In this document: piece by piece, positions 62,038 through 63,968 of the stretch | Layout: every line of letters begins with the position of its first letter | How positions within the stretch are numbered: position 1 is the stretch's first letter | IMG/VR virus record: IMGVR_UViG_3300043607_000016 | Coordinates: 1 to 63,968 of that record | DNA from: a virus | Length of the DNA: 63,968 nucleotides | Direction: 5' to 3' (one strand) | The notes under the pieces: model-generated | The model's input: the letters and a program-made list of their open reading frames with translations, nothing else | Database searches by the model: none | What the model was told of the DNA's origin: nothing | Program-made: the position numbers and the translations under genes

Positions 62038-63968
62038 GTCTTGCGAGTTGTGTCCCTTGTTTACTTTGGGTCATGGCTTCTCGGAAGTCGAAGGTCGAGG
62101 TGCGTCAGGCGTGATGGTTGTTGGTGAAGCACTCGGCGATAAAGAAGTGCGTGATGGGCTGCCCTTTCGTCCTGACGCGCCGGCCGGGTCAGTCTTACAA
62201 ACAGCAATCAAACGGTCAGGACTGGACCGCGAAGAACTCAGCATCACAAACGTCGTTCGATGCGGACCCCCAGGCAATAAGCTGGAAAACATGCCGTGGG
62301 AGAATGGTGCCGTAGCTCATTGTCAGAGGCACATGGATCCAGTAGTGGAGCGTGCGCGGCCGAAGGTGATCTACGCGCTTGGGAACTCAGCGATCAAAGC
62401 TCTTACGGGTCTATCGGGCAAGGCAAGAGGCAGCACCAGCCTTCGAGGTTATGTGCTAAGGGGAACTCGCTATCCTGACATCCCCATTGTGGCGGGATTG
62501 CATCCGTCTTATATCGCCCGAGGCGCTAGAGAAAATATTGAGGTGCTGAGGCATGACTTGCTAAAGGCGGTGGGGATTGCGAAGGGTCGGAAGGACTATC
62601 TCTTCATTGAAACTTGGGAGGATGCAATCTTGGCTGGGTTGGACTATCGACGGCCTGGAAGTGGACCTAGGGGTGGCCTGACTACCAAGGAACTCGAAGA
62701 GTTCCATGCATATATAAGTAATCATGTACATGATCATGCTTACCCGGAACACCCAGAAGCGGAATTAGTATTAGCGGTTGATATCGAAACCGAGATGATT
62801 AAATCGCGGAACCGGAGCGAGATGGTTGCGAATTTGTCGGATAAAATCCGGTCGATTCAGTTCAGTATATTTCCAAACTCAGGATACTTTCTGCCGTGGG
62901 TAGAACCTTACATCGAATGGGCTAAGAAGCTACTTGCACTGCCGGTCAGGAAGGCGGGTTGGAATCTTAATGCGTTTGATATACCTATCTTGCTCGCTGC
63001 CGGTTGCGAGGTGAATGGTGAGATATTCGACGGCATGACAGGATTCCATCACATGCAGCCTGATCTTCTCAAGGACTTGCAATTCGCTGGCAGCTTTTTG
63101 GGTGCGAGGTATCCATGGGATCATTTGAAGGATAGCCAGCCGGAGCTTTACGGAATCGCCGACGCGGACAACACAGTACGAGCTGCGTTACGCCTGCCAG
63201 AGATGATGAAAAAGCTAGGCATATGGGATAGCTACGTTGTACAGGTGCAGGGGCTCAGGCCGACATTGGATTTGATTACGAAGCGTGGGTTACCTGTGGA
63301 TGAAGAAAGGCTTGAGGTGCTGGGGGTGGAGCTGGACGCGCGGATAGCGGAGGTGGACGGGAAGTGTCAGGAGAGGTGGCCGGAGCAGCTTAGGAAGTAT
63401 CATCCGAGCGAGGGGTATAAGGTCCTGCCGAAACCTCTAAAACTTGCTCTCACAGGGGTAGTCATAACAGATGAGATGAATGGTCTGACTGTGAATGGGG
63501 AACTATACCTGCAACGGCAATTCAATGGTGGTGATGTAAGATGGTGCAAACCCCTCCCCTTCCTTCCTAACTCCCCACAGCAGATTCAAAGCTACATGAA
63601 ATTCCGCGGTCACCCCATCCCCAAATCCATCGATGGCAAAGACACCACCGGAACCAAAGAACTCGACCGCCTCGCAAAGAGAACCAAAGACCCCCTCTAC
63701 TCACTCATCGGCCAATACCGCAAGGTGAAGAAAATGAAATCCACCTACGTCGGCGACAGTGAGCCAGGGAGCAAGAGCAGGGGGTTCAGGCCAGAACCGG
63801 ATGGTAGGGTACGCGCGTATTACACCTACAACCCCGCGACCGGGCAACTGGCGACGAGCGGGGGGCCACCGCTGCTGACCATCCCGAAGCATGGGCCGCT
63901 TGCTCCTTCGTTTAGAAGGTGCTTCCACGCCGAGCCAGGGCATAAGCTCGTGACATTCGACTACAGGG
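62018..63968 (+). CDS. Family-A DNA polymerase, N-terminal part: UDG-family-4-like domain, 3'-5' exonuclease and the start of the polymerase domain (the ORF continues at nt 1)
   Basis: ATG 62018 follows AAAGGAGAAG. VVGEALGDKE...NVVRCGPPGN...GLHPSYI (UDG family 4-like). LAVDIETE, GWNLNAFDIPIL and IADADNT (Exo I-III). No stop before the window end, and the phase matches nt 1. Confidence 0.85.
   Translation, partial: MTLSKPKSCELCPLFTLGHGFSEVEGRGASGVMVVGEALGDKEVRDGLPFRPDAPAGSVLQTAIKRSGLDREELSITNVVRCGPPGNKLENMPWENGAVAHCQRHMDPVVERARPKVIYALGNSAIKALTGLSGKARGSTSLRGYVLRGTRYPDIPIVAGLHPSYIARGARENIEVLRHDLLKAVGIAKGRKDYLFIETWEDAILAGLDYRRPGSGPRGGLTTKELEEFHAYISNHVHDHAYPEHPEAELVLAVDIETEMIKSRNRSEMVANLSDKIRSIQFSIFPNSGYFLPWVEPYIEWAKKLLALPVRKAGWNLNAFDIPILLAAGCEVNGEIFDGMTGFHHMQPDLLKDLQFAGSFLGARYPWDHLKDSQPELYGIADADNTVRAALRLPEMMKKLGIWDSYVVQVQGLRPTLDLITKRGLPVDEERLEVLGVELDARIAEVDGKCQERWPEQLRKYHPSEGYKVLPKPLKLALTGVVITDEMNGLTVNGELYLQRQFNGGDVRWCKPLPFLPNSPQQIQSYMKFRGHPIPKSIDGKDTTGTKELDRLAKRTKDPLYSLIGQYRKVKKMKSTYVGDSEPGSKSRGFRPEPDGRVRAYYTYNPATGQLATSGGPPLLTIPKHGPLAPSFRRCFHAEPGHKLVTFDYR
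63842..63968. repeat. Second copy of the 127-nt terminal overlap (identical to nt 1-127)
   Basis: Identical by direct comparison. Confidence 0.95.

Noticed and set aside
1-63968. tRNA, tmRNA or rRNA genes, integrase or att sites, and a diversity-generating retroelement
   Set aside because: I found no T-loop or acceptor-stem patterns (GGTTCGAATCC-like), no recombinase motifs, and no reverse-transcriptase motifs (YxDD) by eye. A tRNAscan, Infernal or HMM scan would be needed to confirm that they are absent.

Overview
The window is a complete, circularly closed genome of a tailed dsDNA phage. About 63,841 bp are unique: nt 1-127 repeat exactly at nt 63842-63968, and the family-A DNA polymerase ORF reads straight through that junction. 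Genes are tightly packed, many with ATGA or GTGA start/stop overlaps, and fall into two blocks that diverge at about 41.5-41.9 kb. The plus-strand block (41929 through the contig junction to 2465) holds regulators and replication genes: a LuxR-type HTH, an excisionase-type HTH, a Cas4/RecB-like nuclease, a P-loop ATPase, a PIF1/Dda-like helicase, a UDG-fused PolA, and many small ORFs. The minus-strand block (41503 down to 2474) holds HNH genes, an MT-A70 methylase, terminase, portal, scaffold, major capsid, small membrane or secreted proteins, a beta-helix tailspike, very large tail or internal proteins, and a mini C5-methylase-like gene. I found no tRNA, rRNA, CRISPR array, integrase, primase or RNA polymerase by eye. 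Four things stand out. (1) The DNA polymerase carries an intein in motif B whose HNH endonuclease gene is encoded out of frame, with its own Shine-Dalgarno (SD) sequence and ATG, while the intein frame stays open for about 215 linker codons. (2) Four tandem long hairpins joined by a conserved ~20-nt linker lie between the putative SSB gene and the helicase operon (56035-56490), and may be a structured RNA array or an origin. (3) The helicase carries a LAGLIDADG intein in motif III, and the genome has several free-standing, frameshifted or decayed homing-endonuclease genes. (4) An 11-nt ATGNAAAATAA cassette recurs at gene junctions. Functional calls rest on motifs read by eye and on gene order; no database search was possible.
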